64,000 nucleotides of DNA, taken from NCBI GenBank assembly GCA_963838925.1, contig CAWISW010000003.1, forward strand, positions 576,001-640,000, written 5' to 3'. The stretch comes from an uncultured Nitrososphaerota archaeon (GTDB lineage: Archaea; Thermoproteota; Nitrososphaeria; Nitrososphaerales; Gagatemarchaeaceae). The position numbers were made by a program, and so were the translations under genes. Shown here piece after piece: positions 9,046-18,375 of this stretch. The notes under the pieces were generated by a model, which saw nothing but the letters and a program-made list of their open reading frames with translations, had not been told where the DNA came from and made no database searches. The first letter of the stretch is position 1. Each line of letters opens with the position of its first letter.

Positions 9046-10005
9046 GTGCAGGCCGTGACCAAATCAAGCAGAGAAGGATTTGGACGGTTTGTCCTCGTCG
9101 TCGCCGTCCTGTCTCTACTAGCAGTGGCTTTTGAAAGCACAGCACACACAGCGGCCGCCGTAACGACCGTCACTGCATACAAGGCGCAGGTACCGGTCAA
9201 TGTTACTGCGCCATATCAGCCGAGCGAATGGAGTGACACGCTACAGTTCTCCGAAAAAAGCTCGGAGATGGCGGTAGCCTTCAAGCAGAACGGTACAGGA
9301 CTTCTTTTCATGATGAGATGGAACGAGTCATCCACCGCTTGCTACGACACCTACTGCTTCGGCGGGATTGAGCTTGGGTACTTGAATAACACGGAAGAGA
9401 TGGGAACACCCTCAACACCCACCATCATGATTCTAGTCAGTCAATCCTCTACCAACCATGTAGACGAATTCGTCTCCACGGGAGACCAGACCCCAAGCGC
9501 GGTTGAGGGCTACGGCTACAGCACACAGTCGACCTGTGGATTGGATGTCATCAGCAATGAGTACATCGCGACATGCTATCGCCCGTTTGCTCTCCACAAT
9601 GCCTCGCCCTACGACCCTTTTCCCAGCTTGGTAGCAGGCTCGCCGATAGAGATCGCATTCGCTGTGGGTGAATTCACAGTCCCAGGACTCCACGACGCTA
9701 GCGACATGAGCACCTACGTCCTACAGATTAGCAACTCACTATACACCGCCACATCAACCGCGTCATCTTCTACGTCTTCTTCCACGACAGTTGCCGCCTC
9801 AAATGAGACCTCTTCGTCTTCGACGTCTTCATCCGCATCTTCCAAGTCGTCTTCGAGCGAGACCACAACTTCCACGACCAGCATAATCACGACTTCCGCT
9901 CCTTCGACGCCGAGCGCCAGCGTCTACGCGGAGGAGCTCGCGGTCATCGTCGTGGGATTCTCCGTCTTGATGCTGGTCGTCCTGACAAAGTACAGGAGTA
10001 GATGA
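9046..10005 (+). CDS. Membrane-anchored extracellular beta-rich protein, DOMON-like (possible heme b)
   Basis: Signal peptide, LLFMMRW, EEMG, YRPF, IEIAFAVG...GLH, Ser/Thr linker, C-terminal TM; the DOMON assignment is inference. Confidence 0.55.
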   Translation: MQAVTKSSREGFGRFVLVVAVLSLLAVAFESTAHTAAAVTTVTAYKAQVPVNVTAPYQPSEWSDTLQFSEKSSEMAVAFKQNGTGLLFMMRWNESSTACYDTYCFGGIELGYLNNTEEMGTPSTPTIMILVSQSSTNHVDEFVSTGDQTPSAVEGYGYSTQSTCGLDVISNEYIATCYRPFALHNASPYDPFPSLVAGSPIEIAFAVGEFTVPGLHDASDMSTYVLQISNSLYTATSTASSSTSSSTTVAASNETSSSSTSSSASSKSSSSETTTSTTSIITTSAPSTPSASVYAEELAVIVVGFSVLMLVVLTKYRSR

Positions 10006-10649
10006 GAGTCTTGGAATTCGCCGGAATCCAGATGCTGACGTGGCACGACTTCGTCGTGGAGCTGCACACAGGGGTCGTCGTCTTCGTGATTGTAGCGATA
10101 GTCCTCCGCCTTGCCGTTGACGCCGGACAGAGGGGGAAGGTCACAGCGTCGGCGCGGGTCCAGGAAATCCGCCAGGGCACCGACTTCGTCGCGTATTTGG
10201 GCGCCATCCTCGCCGTAGTCTTTCTTGCAATCTCAGGGATCACCGGCTATCTCCTTCTCCCATATTCGACCCTTAGCGGTCAGTCCATCTACCTCAACAA
10301 GGCCTTTGTGGCATTGGCCGCCCTCTTCTTCTGGGCGGCATTCGCGTTCCTCCGCTACTGGTCGGGCACTACGATGTGGCAGAAGAGGGGGCTGTACGCT
10401 CTCGCCGTCATAACCGCGTTCTTCGGTCTCCTATTCACCACGCTGGCTGGCTCGATCGGCGCCGAGCTCACGATAGGCCAGTCCGTGCTCACCCCGGTCT
10501 ACAACGCCTTCTCGATAAACTTCAGCCAGCTGACCCTTCAGCCGCTTGACGTGGAGGTCACGGCCGTCCTGGTCATCGTGGCCATCGTTATCGTGGCCTT
10601 CCTCAAGCCGTCACGAAGAGCCGCGTCGAAGCCTCAGCCGGCCCCGTAG
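10002..10649 (+). CDS. Multi-pass membrane protein (DUF2231-like N-terminal H..VVELH helix)
   Basis: About 5 TM segments, two His in the first helix, SGITG and GSIGAEL motifs; overlaps upstream stop. Confidence 0.6.
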   Translation: MRVLEFAGIQMLTWHDFVVELHTGVVVFVIVAIVLRLAVDAGQRGKVTASARVQEIRQGTDFVAYLGAILAVVFLAISGITGYLLLPYSTLSGQSIYLNKAFVALAALFFWAAFAFLRYWSGTTMWQKRGLYALAVITAFFGLLFTTLAGSIGAELTIGQSVLTPVYNAFSINFSQLTLQPLDVEVTAVLVIVAIVIVAFLKPSRRAASKPQPAP

Positions 10650-10798
10650 TACTGGACGACTCCCACCGCGCCCGTTTCAGCGCCAACTCTCTCGTTAACA
10701 CATTTGTTTGATATTCGCACGGAAAAGTAGCTAAACGTTAGGGAAATGTTCACTAAATTTATATATCATTACGCAGAAAGAGGTGACGACTTAACAAG

Positions 10799-11185
10799 AT
10801 GTCCGAATCTGGCATGCGACAAATCGAGGCGATATTGAGGAGCGAAAAGTTCCCCAACGTCGACATGGCGCTGAGGGATTTGGGAGTGAGCGGAGTCACA
10901 ATGGTGGAGGCAAAAGGGAGAGGAAGAGACAAGATCATCACGACCTCCTTCATCAGGGGCAAGTGGACCTTCACGACTGACGTCATCCACAGAGTGATAG
11001 TCAACGTTGTCGTGGACGCCGGCGACGTCGACAGAGTCGTGGACGCCATAGTCAAGGCCGCAAGCACAAAGAAGGTCGGAGACGGGAAGATATTCGTCTA
11101 CCCGATAGAGAGGTCGATAGACATCAGCACGGGCGAAAGCGACGACCACTCCCTGAACACCGCCCGGGGCACGTCAAAGAAGTAG
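10799..11185 (+). CDS. P-II family nitrogen regulatory protein
   Basis: IEAILR.EK, GVSGVTMVEAKGRG, VGDGKIFVYP...I.TGE. Confidence 0.92.
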   Translation: MSESGMRQIEAILRSEKFPNVDMALRDLGVSGVTMVEAKGRGRDKIITTSFIRGKWTFTTDVIHRVIVNVVVDAGDVDRVVDAIVKAASTKKVGDGKIFVYPIERSIDISTGESDDHSLNTARGTSKK

Positions 11186-11230
11186 AGAACGGTCTCAAGG
11201 GAGTCGGTCCCTCTTCAGTAGCCGACCAGG

Positions 11231-12052
11231 TCAGGTAGAGAGGCCGACCAGCTTTGACGTCTCGACCCACAGAAGGCGAGCTTTCTCCTCGTCGTAGGAC
11301 TCGTCAGAGGACTTCTTCGCCGACTTGTCATCGAAGTACTCGCCGGTAACCTTCTCGACCTCAGGCGACGACGCAAGGAAGATCGCGGTCTGCGCCCCGT
11401 CCTTAGCGCTCTTCAAGAACGGCCTCACCAGCGCGGGCGGGACCCTCCAGATGCCGGTGGCGACGCCTCCCGGGTGCAGGCAGTTGGCGGTCACCCCCGT
11501 CCCTCGGAGCCTCCTGGCGAGCTCGTAAGTGAACATGACCAGGGCCAGCTTGGACGTCGAGTAGGCGCCCCACCCCGAGGGGGTCTCCTTCTTCTCGATC
11601 GCCGCCAGGTCGATGTGCCCGCCGAAGTGTGTCACGGAGGAGACGTTGACGACGCGAGAGGGAGCGCTGGACTTCAGAAGCTCAAGCAGGAGGTTCGTGA
11701 GCAGAAACGGGGCGAGGTAGTTCACGGCGAAAGTGGTCTCGAACCCGTCAGCCGTCCTTCCTGAGAGGCTGAAGACACCTGCGTTGTTCACCAGGACGTG
11801 GAGCTTGCCGTACCTGTTCCTCACCTCCGCCGCGAGTCCCCGCACCTCGGCGAGGGATGACAGGTCGCAGAGCAGGAGGTCGACGGAATCGTTCCCGCTC
11901 TTCTTCGAGATCTCTCGCCTAGCGGCCTCGCCCTTCCTCTTGTTTCGACAAACCATCACCACGGTAGCATTCATCTGGGCCAGCGCGAGAGCCGTCTCCC
12001 TGCCCATCCCTGAGTTCGCCCCGGTGACGATGCAGGTCTTGCCTTCGAGCAC
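11231..12052 (-). CDS. SDR family oxidoreductase (retinol dehydrogenase-like)
   Basis: TGANSGMG, LVNNAG, YSTSK catalytic YxxxK, LHPGGVAT. Confidence 0.93.
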   Translation of the reverse strand: MLEGKTCIVTGANSGMGRETALALAQMNATVVMVCRNKRKGEAARREISKKSGNDSVDLLLCDLSSLAEVRGLAAEVRNRYGKLHVLVNNAGVFSLSGRTADGFETTFAVNYLAPFLLTNLLLELLKSSAPSRVVNVSSVTHFGGHIDLAAIEKKETPSGWGAYSTSKLALVMFTYELARRLRGTGVTANCLHPGGVATGIWRVPPALVRPFLKSAKDGAQTAIFLASSPEVEKVTGEYFDDKSAKKSSDESYDEEKARLLWVETSKLVGLST

Positions 12053-12130
12053 GAAAAGTCAGAGGTCGCACTTCCCTTTAAGGGGATGCGGGCGGAGGCG
12101 AACAGAAGCGCCTCCTTGACACGCGCGTAT

Positions 12131-12280
12131 CTAGTGCGCGTGGCCGTATCTGTGCGGGTCCTTGTCGAAGGCGGCCTTGCAGCCAGCCGAGCAGAAGTAG
12201 AACACAGCGCCGTCGTGCTCGGACTTCAGCTTCGTCTTCTTTTCGTCCACCGTCATTCCGCAGACCGGGTCCCGCGCCAT
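12131..12280 (-). CDS. YHS-domain small protein (putative copper chaperone), missed by the ORF track
   Basis: Manual translation: MARDPVCGMTVDEKKTKLKSEHDGAVFYFCSAGCKAAFDKDPHRYGHAH*; divergent from copA. Confidence 0.9.
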   Translation of the reverse strand: MARDPVCGMTVDEKKTKLKSEHDGAVFYFCSAGCKAAFDKDPHRYGHAH

Positions 12281-12380
12281 TGCTCTCTGGGCGCTCGATC
12301 GCCAAACCCCACTATATGAAATCTAAGTTCCGAGTTCGTCACTTGCCGGGTTTAAGTCACCCCACAGGTCTCGGCCATCG

Positions 12381-14465
12381 ATGGCCAAGGATCCCATCTG
12401 TGGAATGTTCGTCGACGAGTCCTCAGCGGAGCTGAAGGCTCAGGTCCGAGGCGTCACCTACTACTTCTGCAGCGAGAGCTGCATGCGCGAGTTCCTGGCA
12501 CCCGAGGAGGAGCTCCGGAAGCTCAAGGTCGAAGTCGCGTCGGCGGCGCTGCTCTCCATCCCTATACTCCTCCTCACCTACGCGTCCCCAATCCCGCTGC
12601 AGGCCTCGAACTACCTCCTCTTTCTCTTGGAGACGCCCATCCAGTTCGTCATCGGATGGCGCTTCTACAAGGGGACCTACGACAGCATCAAGAACAAGAT
12701 GGGAAACATGGACGCGCTCATCGCGCTCGGCACCTCTGCAGCGTGGGCCTACTCGTCGGCGGTCACCTTCGACCCCGGCCTCTTCCACACCTCCGGCGTC
12801 TTCTTCGACACGGCCGCGGTGATAATCACCCTGGTCCTTACGGGGCGCCTCCTCGAGCACCTCACGAAGAGCAGGGCCTCCGCCTCGGTGAGGAAGCTCC
12901 TTGAGCTGCAACCCACGATGGCCCGCAGGATTGGCCCCGACGGCTCGGAGGCCGAGGTCCCGGTCGAGCAAGTCAGGGTCGGGGACGCGTTGGCAGTCAG
13001 GCCGGGCGAGAAGATACCGGTGGACGGGATAGTCGTAGAAGGAACGTCAGCGGTGGACGAGTCCCTGATCACAGGCGAGAGCGTCCCTGCTGACAAGGGG
13101 CCGGGCGACGAGGTGATAGGAGCCACCATCAACAAGTCGGGCCTCCTGAAGCTCCGGGCGGAGAGGGTCGGCCAGGACACCGCCCTCTTTCAGATCGTCA
13201 GGCTCGTCGAGGAGGCGCGGGTCGGAAGGGCGCCCATCCAGCGGCTCGCAGACAGGATCGCCTCTTATTTCGTCCCCTTGGTAGTCGCGGCCGCGGCGGT
13301 CGCAGGCCTCTCGTGGTATTTCTTCGGTCACCTAGGCCTCGACTTCTCTATGCTGGCCTTCGTGTCCGTCGTGGTGATCGCGTGTCCCTGCGCCCTAGGC
13401 GTAGCCACGCCCGCCGCGCTCCTGGTGGGGACCAGCGTGGGGGCTCGATGCGGCGTCCTGATCAAGGGCGGAGAGTACCTGGAGCGCGCTGCGAAGGTCG
13501 ACACCGTGGTCTTCGACAAGACCGGCACCCTTACCGTTGGGAAGCCTTCTGTCACCGACGTCTTCCCGTTTGGCGGTCTAGCTCCGGAGGACCTCCTCCA
13601 CCTCGCGGCTTCTGCCGAGAAGGGCTCGGAGCACCCGCTCGGTGAGGCAATCATCAACGAAGCGAGGAGCCGCTCTCTCAGCGTGTCGGAGCCCCAGGGC
13701 TTCGAGGCCTTCCCTGGAAGAGGCGTCAAGGCGACCGTGGGAGGGCGCAGCGTCCTCGTGGGAAACAGACTGCTGGCGGCCCAGAGCGGGCTCGACCTCT
13801 CCGTCGCCGAGCCTGCGCTCATCCGGTGCGAGGAGGGAGGAAAGACCGCAATGATAGTGGTCGTAGACGGCGAGGTGAGAGGGGTCCTGGCCGTCGCCGA
13901 CACGCTGAAGCCTTCGGCGAGGCGCGCGGTCGACGCCCTCAAGGGAATGGGCATCGAGGTGGTGATGCTCACCGGCGACAACAAGCGCACCGCCTCTTCG
14001 ATCGCCCGAGAGTTGGGCATCAAGAGATTCGTGGCCGAGGTGCTACCTCAGCAGAAGGAGGCTGCAATCGAGTCCCTGCAGAAGGAAGGGAGGGTCGTCG
14101 CCATGGTGGGCGACGGCATCAACGACGCGCCCGCTTTGGCGCGGGCTGACGTCGGGATGGCGATCGGAGGGGGCGCAGACATCGCAAAAGAGACGGGCGG
14201 GATAGTCCTCATCAAGGACGACCTCATGAACGTCGTGGTGGCTATGAGGCTAAGCCGCAAGACGCTGTCGAAGATCCGGCAGAACCTCTTCTGGGCCTTT
14301 GCCTACAACGTCGTGCTGATCCCCATCGCCGCAGGAGCGCTGGTTCCGTTCTTCGGGGGCCAGGTGTACGACGTCCTGCCCTTCCTTGCCGCTAGCGCGA
14401 TGGCGATAAGCTCGGTAACGGTAATCGGCAACTCGCTCCTTCTCTTCCGCTTCAAGTCACTCTGA
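12381..14465 (+). CDS. copA: Cu(I)-transporting P1B-type ATPase with N-terminal YHS domain
   Basis: DPICGM..YYFCS..C, TGES, CPCALG, DKTGT, SEHP, GDGINDAP, YN and MAISS Cu(I) ligands. Confidence 0.93.
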   Translation: MAKDPICGMFVDESSAELKAQVRGVTYYFCSESCMREFLAPEEELRKLKVEVASAALLSIPILLLTYASPIPLQASNYLLFLLETPIQFVIGWRFYKGTYDSIKNKMGNMDALIALGTSAAWAYSSAVTFDPGLFHTSGVFFDTAAVIITLVLTGRLLEHLTKSRASASVRKLLELQPTMARRIGPDGSEAEVPVEQVRVGDALAVRPGEKIPVDGIVVEGTSAVDESLITGESVPADKGPGDEVIGATINKSGLLKLRAERVGQDTALFQIVRLVEEARVGRAPIQRLADRIASYFVPLVVAAAAVAGLSWYFFGHLGLDFSMLAFVSVVVIACPCALGVATPAALLVGTSVGARCGVLIKGGEYLERAAKVDTVVFDKTGTLTVGKPSVTDVFPFGGLAPEDLLHLAASAEKGSEHPLGEAIINEARSRSLSVSEPQGFEAFPGRGVKATVGGRSVLVGNRLLAAQSGLDLSVAEPALIRCEEGGKTAMIVVVDGEVRGVLAVADTLKPSARRAVDALKGMGIEVVMLTGDNKRTASSIARELGIKRFVAEVLPQQKEAAIESLQKEGRVVAMVGDGINDAPALARADVGMAIGGGADIAKETGGIVLIKDDLMNVVVAMRLSRKTLSKIRQNLFWAFAYNVVLIPIAAGALVPFFGGQVYDVLPFLAASAMAISSVTVIGNSLLLFRFKSL

Positions 14466-15056
14466 GGAAGACTCTGCCAACTCGCCTTGGCCGGAGATCT
14501 GCGCCAGAGTCTTGCGGCTGACCGCCGAGAAGTCATGGTCGTTGGCGTCGTATCCGGGCTTGGAGTACCTGTCGCGGTGCTTGATCAGCAGCCACGACTC
14601 CTTCCCGCCGAACCCGCTGGTCCTGACAAGGGCGAAAGAGCCCTGGAGCTTCTTCCCGTATAGCTTGAACTTCAGGTTGCCCTCTTGGAGGCTCTTCTCA
14701 GCGACCTCCTCGGCCTCCTCCTTCCCGAGGACCTCCCTTCGGACGCCCTTGCTCACCTCGACCTCCGGGTTGTAGGTCCCCTCGTCCCAGATCATGACCG
14801 GTCCCGCGCCGTAGTTGCCCTCGAGCACTCCTTCAAAGTGCCTGTACTCGAGCTGGTGGTCCGAGGTCGGCATCGCGAGGCGCCTCACGCCGCTATCGAG
14901 CGTCGGGCCCTTTGGGATCGCCCAGGAGGGCATGACGCCTCCGACCTCGAGCCGGAAGTCGTAGTGGAGGGCCGTCGCCTTGTGCTTCTGGACGACAAAC
15001 GCGAGCCGCCCCTTCGGCCTTCTCGCCCGGGCCTTATCGTCTCGCCTTGATTTCAT
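14457..15056 (-). CDS. LigD 3'-phosphoesterase domain protein (NHEJ-type end healing)
   Basis: FVVQKH.A..LHYDFRLE, SWAIPKGP, RRLA..T.DH..EY..FEG, YGAG.VMIWDEG, WLLIK.RD. Confidence 0.92.
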   Translation of the reverse strand: MKSRRDDKARARRPKGRLAFVVQKHKATALHYDFRLEVGGVMPSWAIPKGPTLDSGVRRLAMPTSDHQLEYRHFEGVLEGNYGAGPVMIWDEGTYNPEVEVSKGVRREVLGKEEAEEVAEKSLQEGNLKFKLYGKKLQGSFALVRTSGFGGKESWLLIKHRDRYSKPGYDANDHDFSAVSRKTLAQISGQGELAESSSE

Positions 15057-15065
15057 TTCGTTTGG

Positions 15066-15395
15066 CTAGCTCGCAGCGGGCCTCTGGTCGCCCTCGTTCA
15101 GGAACCGCTTGATCCCGGTGCCGAACATCAGCATCATCAGCCAGAACCCGACGAGCAGCGCGACGAGGGCGTAGCTGCTGTAGAGGTTGAGCGCGATCAG
15201 TCCGGCGGCGATTATCGTGGCGCCGACGAAGTTCGAGAGCCCCCACAGTATGTTGGTCCTCGGAGAGGACTTTTGCCCGAAGGGGCTCCTGAACACCTTC
15301 CCTGCCGCTCCGAACGTGAAGTGGGGCACGCCGTTTCCCAAGAGAAACCCCAGCACGAAGTACCAGATGAGGAAGAGCTGCACCATTGCATGCAC
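15066..15395 (-). CDS. Small membrane protein, hypothetical
   Basis: Three hydrophobic helices; NGVPHF..G..G..F.SPF motif. Confidence 0.7.
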   Translation of the reverse strand: MHAMVQLFLIWYFVLGFLLGNGVPHFTFGAAGKVFRSPFGQKSSPRTNILWGLSNFVGATIIAAGLIALNLYSSYALVALLVGFWLMMLMFGTGIKRFLNEGDQRPAAS

Positions 15396-15447
15396 AAGAT
15401 TCGGTCTTCCTTATCTGGATTATGCGGCCGAGTCGCCAGCGAGAGCC

Positions 15448-17052
15448 TCAAAGGTCCTCCCTCGCACTGAGGGACCTGCCCGCGGCCGACAGCAAGTAGT
15501 TCAGCATGAGCACGGTGTAGGCGAGGGCGACGCAGAGAAGGCCGACCGCGAGGGGGACGAACGACGAAGGTGGGAGGGCGCCGGCGACCGGCCCGGCGAC
15601 CAGGACGAGCGCCATGATCGGGGAGACCAACAGCAGGTTGATGATCGTCTGATAGAGGAACCTCTTCACGTCGGTGAGGTCCTGCCCCTGCGACAGCAGG
15701 AGGTCGTCCGACGTGCTCTGCCCGTACCTCGCGGCGAAGTACATTCCTCCCGCCATCATTATCGCCGCCACCTCGAGTGCGCCCGGCAGCGACAGCCCAA
15801 CCGCGAGGAAGGAGGTCGGGTGCCCAAGGTCGCCCAGAAGGAGAGGAGCGCCGACCGCCGCGGCGACCGGGGAGAGCAGGAGAAGCAGCGGGGTGACCCT
15901 CGCCCGGTAGGCCTCCCTGACGTATCTCGCAAGGTCGAGCGAGGACGTCTTGATTATCCACAGCCTCTCCTTCTCCAGCCACCTCGCCGCGCTCCCCGAC
16001 CCGAAGGAGCCGATGATGAAGAGGATGAACAGGAACGAGGTGGGCGAGGACTGGAAGACGCCCGAGAGCGAGTAGATGACCATGAACCCCGCGAGGAACA
16101 GCGTGTTGATCAGCATGCTCCGCATCTCCTTAGTCCTGCTCATCATCACCCTCTCCTTCGACCTCACCACAGCCCACACGGTCCTCCCACTGGTCTCGAG
16201 CCTCGAGGTGACCTTCATCCCCTTGTCCCCGGCCCCGGTCGCCTCCTGGTCCTCGAGCTGGAGCACCTCGTAGAACTGACCCCTCGACATCCTCACCCCC
16301 ACCGCGAGGAGGCCGACGAACCACGCGGCGAGGGCAGCGACGCCTAGCCCCGTCCCGTAGCTCAGGCGTTCGCCGCTCACGAGGCTGTAGCTCACCTGTG
16401 CCGCGAGCCCGCTGGGAAGCACGCTGACGACCTGCCCCAGCGACGGGGGAGCGCCGGGGATGAGGAGCGTGAGGGGTACGAGGCTGATCGCGACGACCGC
16501 GGCCATCAGCCCGTTCCTGAAGATCCTCAGCCGGGGCGCAATCCTCGAGTTCAGCGAGAGCGTGATGTCGGCGCTCAAGAAGAGGCCCATGACGAAGAAC
16601 GAGAGCGTCACCATCCCGGCCAGGACTGCGGAGGAGACTGGCGTCCCGTACGACTCGGCGAACCTGAGGTAGAGGACGAAGATGGGCGGGAACGACAGCA
16701 GGACGGTCGTCACGGAGTTCATGAGCACCTTGGCCGAGAAGACCTCGCTGGGTCTCACCGGGGCGGTGAAGATGTAATCGACGTCCGCCGAGGAGACGGG
16801 GAGCCCGCTCCCGTTGAACCCGCTCTGGATCAGGCCCACGAGGAAGAGCGCGAAGAGTAGGCTCAGGCCGGTGTCCGAGATGCTCCCTCCGAGGTTGAAC
16901 TTCGAGGAGAACGAGAGGAACGTCCCTCCAGCGAACAGGACGAACACGACCCCGAAGGACTCTCCGACGAGCATCCACACCGCGACGGCCCTCGTGAGCC
17001 GGCCCTTCATCCAGTACCGGACGAGCGTGAGCACGGTGCTCCAGCTATTCAA
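15448..17052 (-). CDS. ABC exporter permease
   Basis: About 12 TM segments, ADVDYIFTAPV motif; follows the ABC ATPase. Confidence 0.8.
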   Translation of the reverse strand: MNSWSTVLTLVRYWMKGRLTRAVAVWMLVGESFGVVFVLFAGGTFLSFSSKFNLGGSISDTGLSLLFALFLVGLIQSGFNGSGLPVSSADVDYIFTAPVRPSEVFSAKVLMNSVTTVLLSFPPIFVLYLRFAESYGTPVSSAVLAGMVTLSFFVMGLFLSADITLSLNSRIAPRLRIFRNGLMAAVVAISLVPLTLLIPGAPPSLGQVVSVLPSGLAAQVSYSLVSGERLSYGTGLGVAALAAWFVGLLAVGVRMSRGQFYEVLQLEDQEATGAGDKGMKVTSRLETSGRTVWAVVRSKERVMMSRTKEMRSMLINTLFLAGFMVIYSLSGVFQSSPTSFLFILFIIGSFGSGSAARWLEKERLWIIKTSSLDLARYVREAYRARVTPLLLLLSPVAAAVGAPLLLGDLGHPTSFLAVGLSLPGALEVAAIMMAGGMYFAARYGQSTSDDLLLSQGQDLTDVKRFLYQTIINLLLVSPIMALVLVAGPVAGALPPSSFVPLAVGLLCVALAYTVLMLNYLLSAAGRSLSAREDL

Positions 17053-17072
17053 CCGGGTTCAACTCTTCGGAG

Positions 17073-17819
17073 CTACGCCGTCTCCGCGGTGAGCTTCAGG
17101 AAGACCTCGTCGAGCCTCGCGTCCTTCCCAGCGTCGGCCATCCTGCGGAGGCTCTCGAGGGCTCCCAGGGCTATGATGCTCCCCCTGTCGATTATCGCGA
17201 TCCTGGTCGCGTGGTCCTGGGCGATCTCCAGGTTGTGAGTCGAGAGGAGCACCGTCGTCCCGCTCTTCCCCTGCGCGGCGATCCAACTGTTGACGAACAC
17301 CTGCGACTTGGGGTCGAGGGCGGTGAGCGGCTCGTCCAGCACGAGGACCTTCGGGTCGTGGAGCGTCGCCGCGATGAGCGCGACCTTCTGCTTCATCCCC
17401 TTCGAGAGCGTGCCAAGCAGCGTATCGGCCTTCTCCTCGAGCGAGAACGTCATCAATGCCTCCGAGATCTTGTCCCTCAGCCGGTCGTCGGGCACGTCCC
17501 TGATCTTGCCGAGGAACCTCAGGAACTCGCTGACGGTCAGCCCCGTGTAGAGCGAGGGGTTCTCGGGGAGGTACCCCACGTTCCTCTTCGCGGCCTCCGG
17601 CTCCTTCGCGATGTCGCTCCCTCCGACCCTGACGCTGCCGCTCGTGGGGCGCAGGATCCCGACGACTATCTTCATCAGCGTGCTCTTGCCCGCGCCGTTC
17701 GGCCCCAGGAGGCCCAGGATCTCCCCCGCTCCCACCTCGAGGGAGACGCCGTTCAACGCCACGACCTTCCCGTAGACCTTGGTGAGGTTCTCGATCTCGA
17801 TCTTGTTCTCTGGCAGCAT
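17073..17819 (-). CDS. ABC transporter ATP-binding protein
   Basis: GPNGAGKST, LSKGMKQK, LVLDEP, STH; ATG at 17819 (TTG at 17864 is possible). Confidence 0.95.
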   Translation of the reverse strand: MLPENKIEIENLTKVYGKVVALNGVSLEVGAGEILGLLGPNGAGKSTLMKIVVGILRPTSGSVRVGGSDIAKEPEAAKRNVGYLPENPSLYTGLTVSEFLRFLGKIRDVPDDRLRDKISEALMTFSLEEKADTLLGTLSKGMKQKVALIAATLHDPKVLVLDEPLTALDPKSQVFVNSWIAAQGKSGTTVLLSTHNLEIAQDHATRIAIIDRGSIIALGALESLRRMADAGKDARLDEVFLKLTAETA

Positions 17820-17902
17820 CTCCTCCTCCTTGCTATGTGCGCAGGTCAGACAGAAGTTCGCCAATCAAGGGGCGTGTGCTCTCCTCTGGGGCTTGGCTGC
17901 TG

Positions 17903-18256
17903 CTAGCGGCTCGCCAGCGGCTTGCCGGATGCGGGGGCCGCGACCCTCGTCTCGTTGAATATCTCCCCAAAGGCCCGCTCGAAGTATGCGAGGGACCTTT
18001 CGAAGGTCGCCCTGCCCTCCTTCGTGATCTCGTAGACCGAGTTTCGGCCTTTCGGGCTCGCCACGATGAGTTCGCGGGCCGCCAGCTCCTTGAGGGCGGG
18101 GTATATCGTCCCGGGGTTCGGCTTGTCCCCCCTGCGGTTCCCTATCTCGGTCGCGAGCTCCTGCCCGTACATCGGTCGCTTGGACAGGAGCCAAAGAATC
18201 GTGAAAGAGAGCATTCCTCTCATGTCGCACATCTCCCCCGGATCTTCTTCCTTCAC
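17903..18256 (-). CDS. PadR family transcriptional regulator
   Basis: ILWLLSKRPMYGQEL...PGTIYPALKEL...YEITKEGR; start uncertain. Confidence 0.9.
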   Translation of the reverse strand: MKEEDPGEMCDMRGMLSFTILWLLSKRPMYGQELATEIGNRRGDKPNPGTIYPALKELAARELIVASPKGRNSVYEITKEGRATFERSLAYFERAFGEIFNETRVAAPASGKPLASR

Positions 18257-18375
18257 TCTCTGTGACCAGCATCTAAGGTCACGTCCGCGATTATAAGGAT
18301 ATGGGGTGACCAATAGAGGGACGACAGGACGGTCGCTCGAACTGCTTATAGGGCGCAGAAGGGCAGTTTGACGAG

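Noticed and set aside
15187-16347. Long alternative-frame and antisense ORFs (for example 15187-16347, 30639-32006, 35434-36408, 49486-51117)
   Set aside because: They are shadows of well-supported genes in GC-rich DNA, with Arg/Gly/Pro-rich translations and no family motifs.
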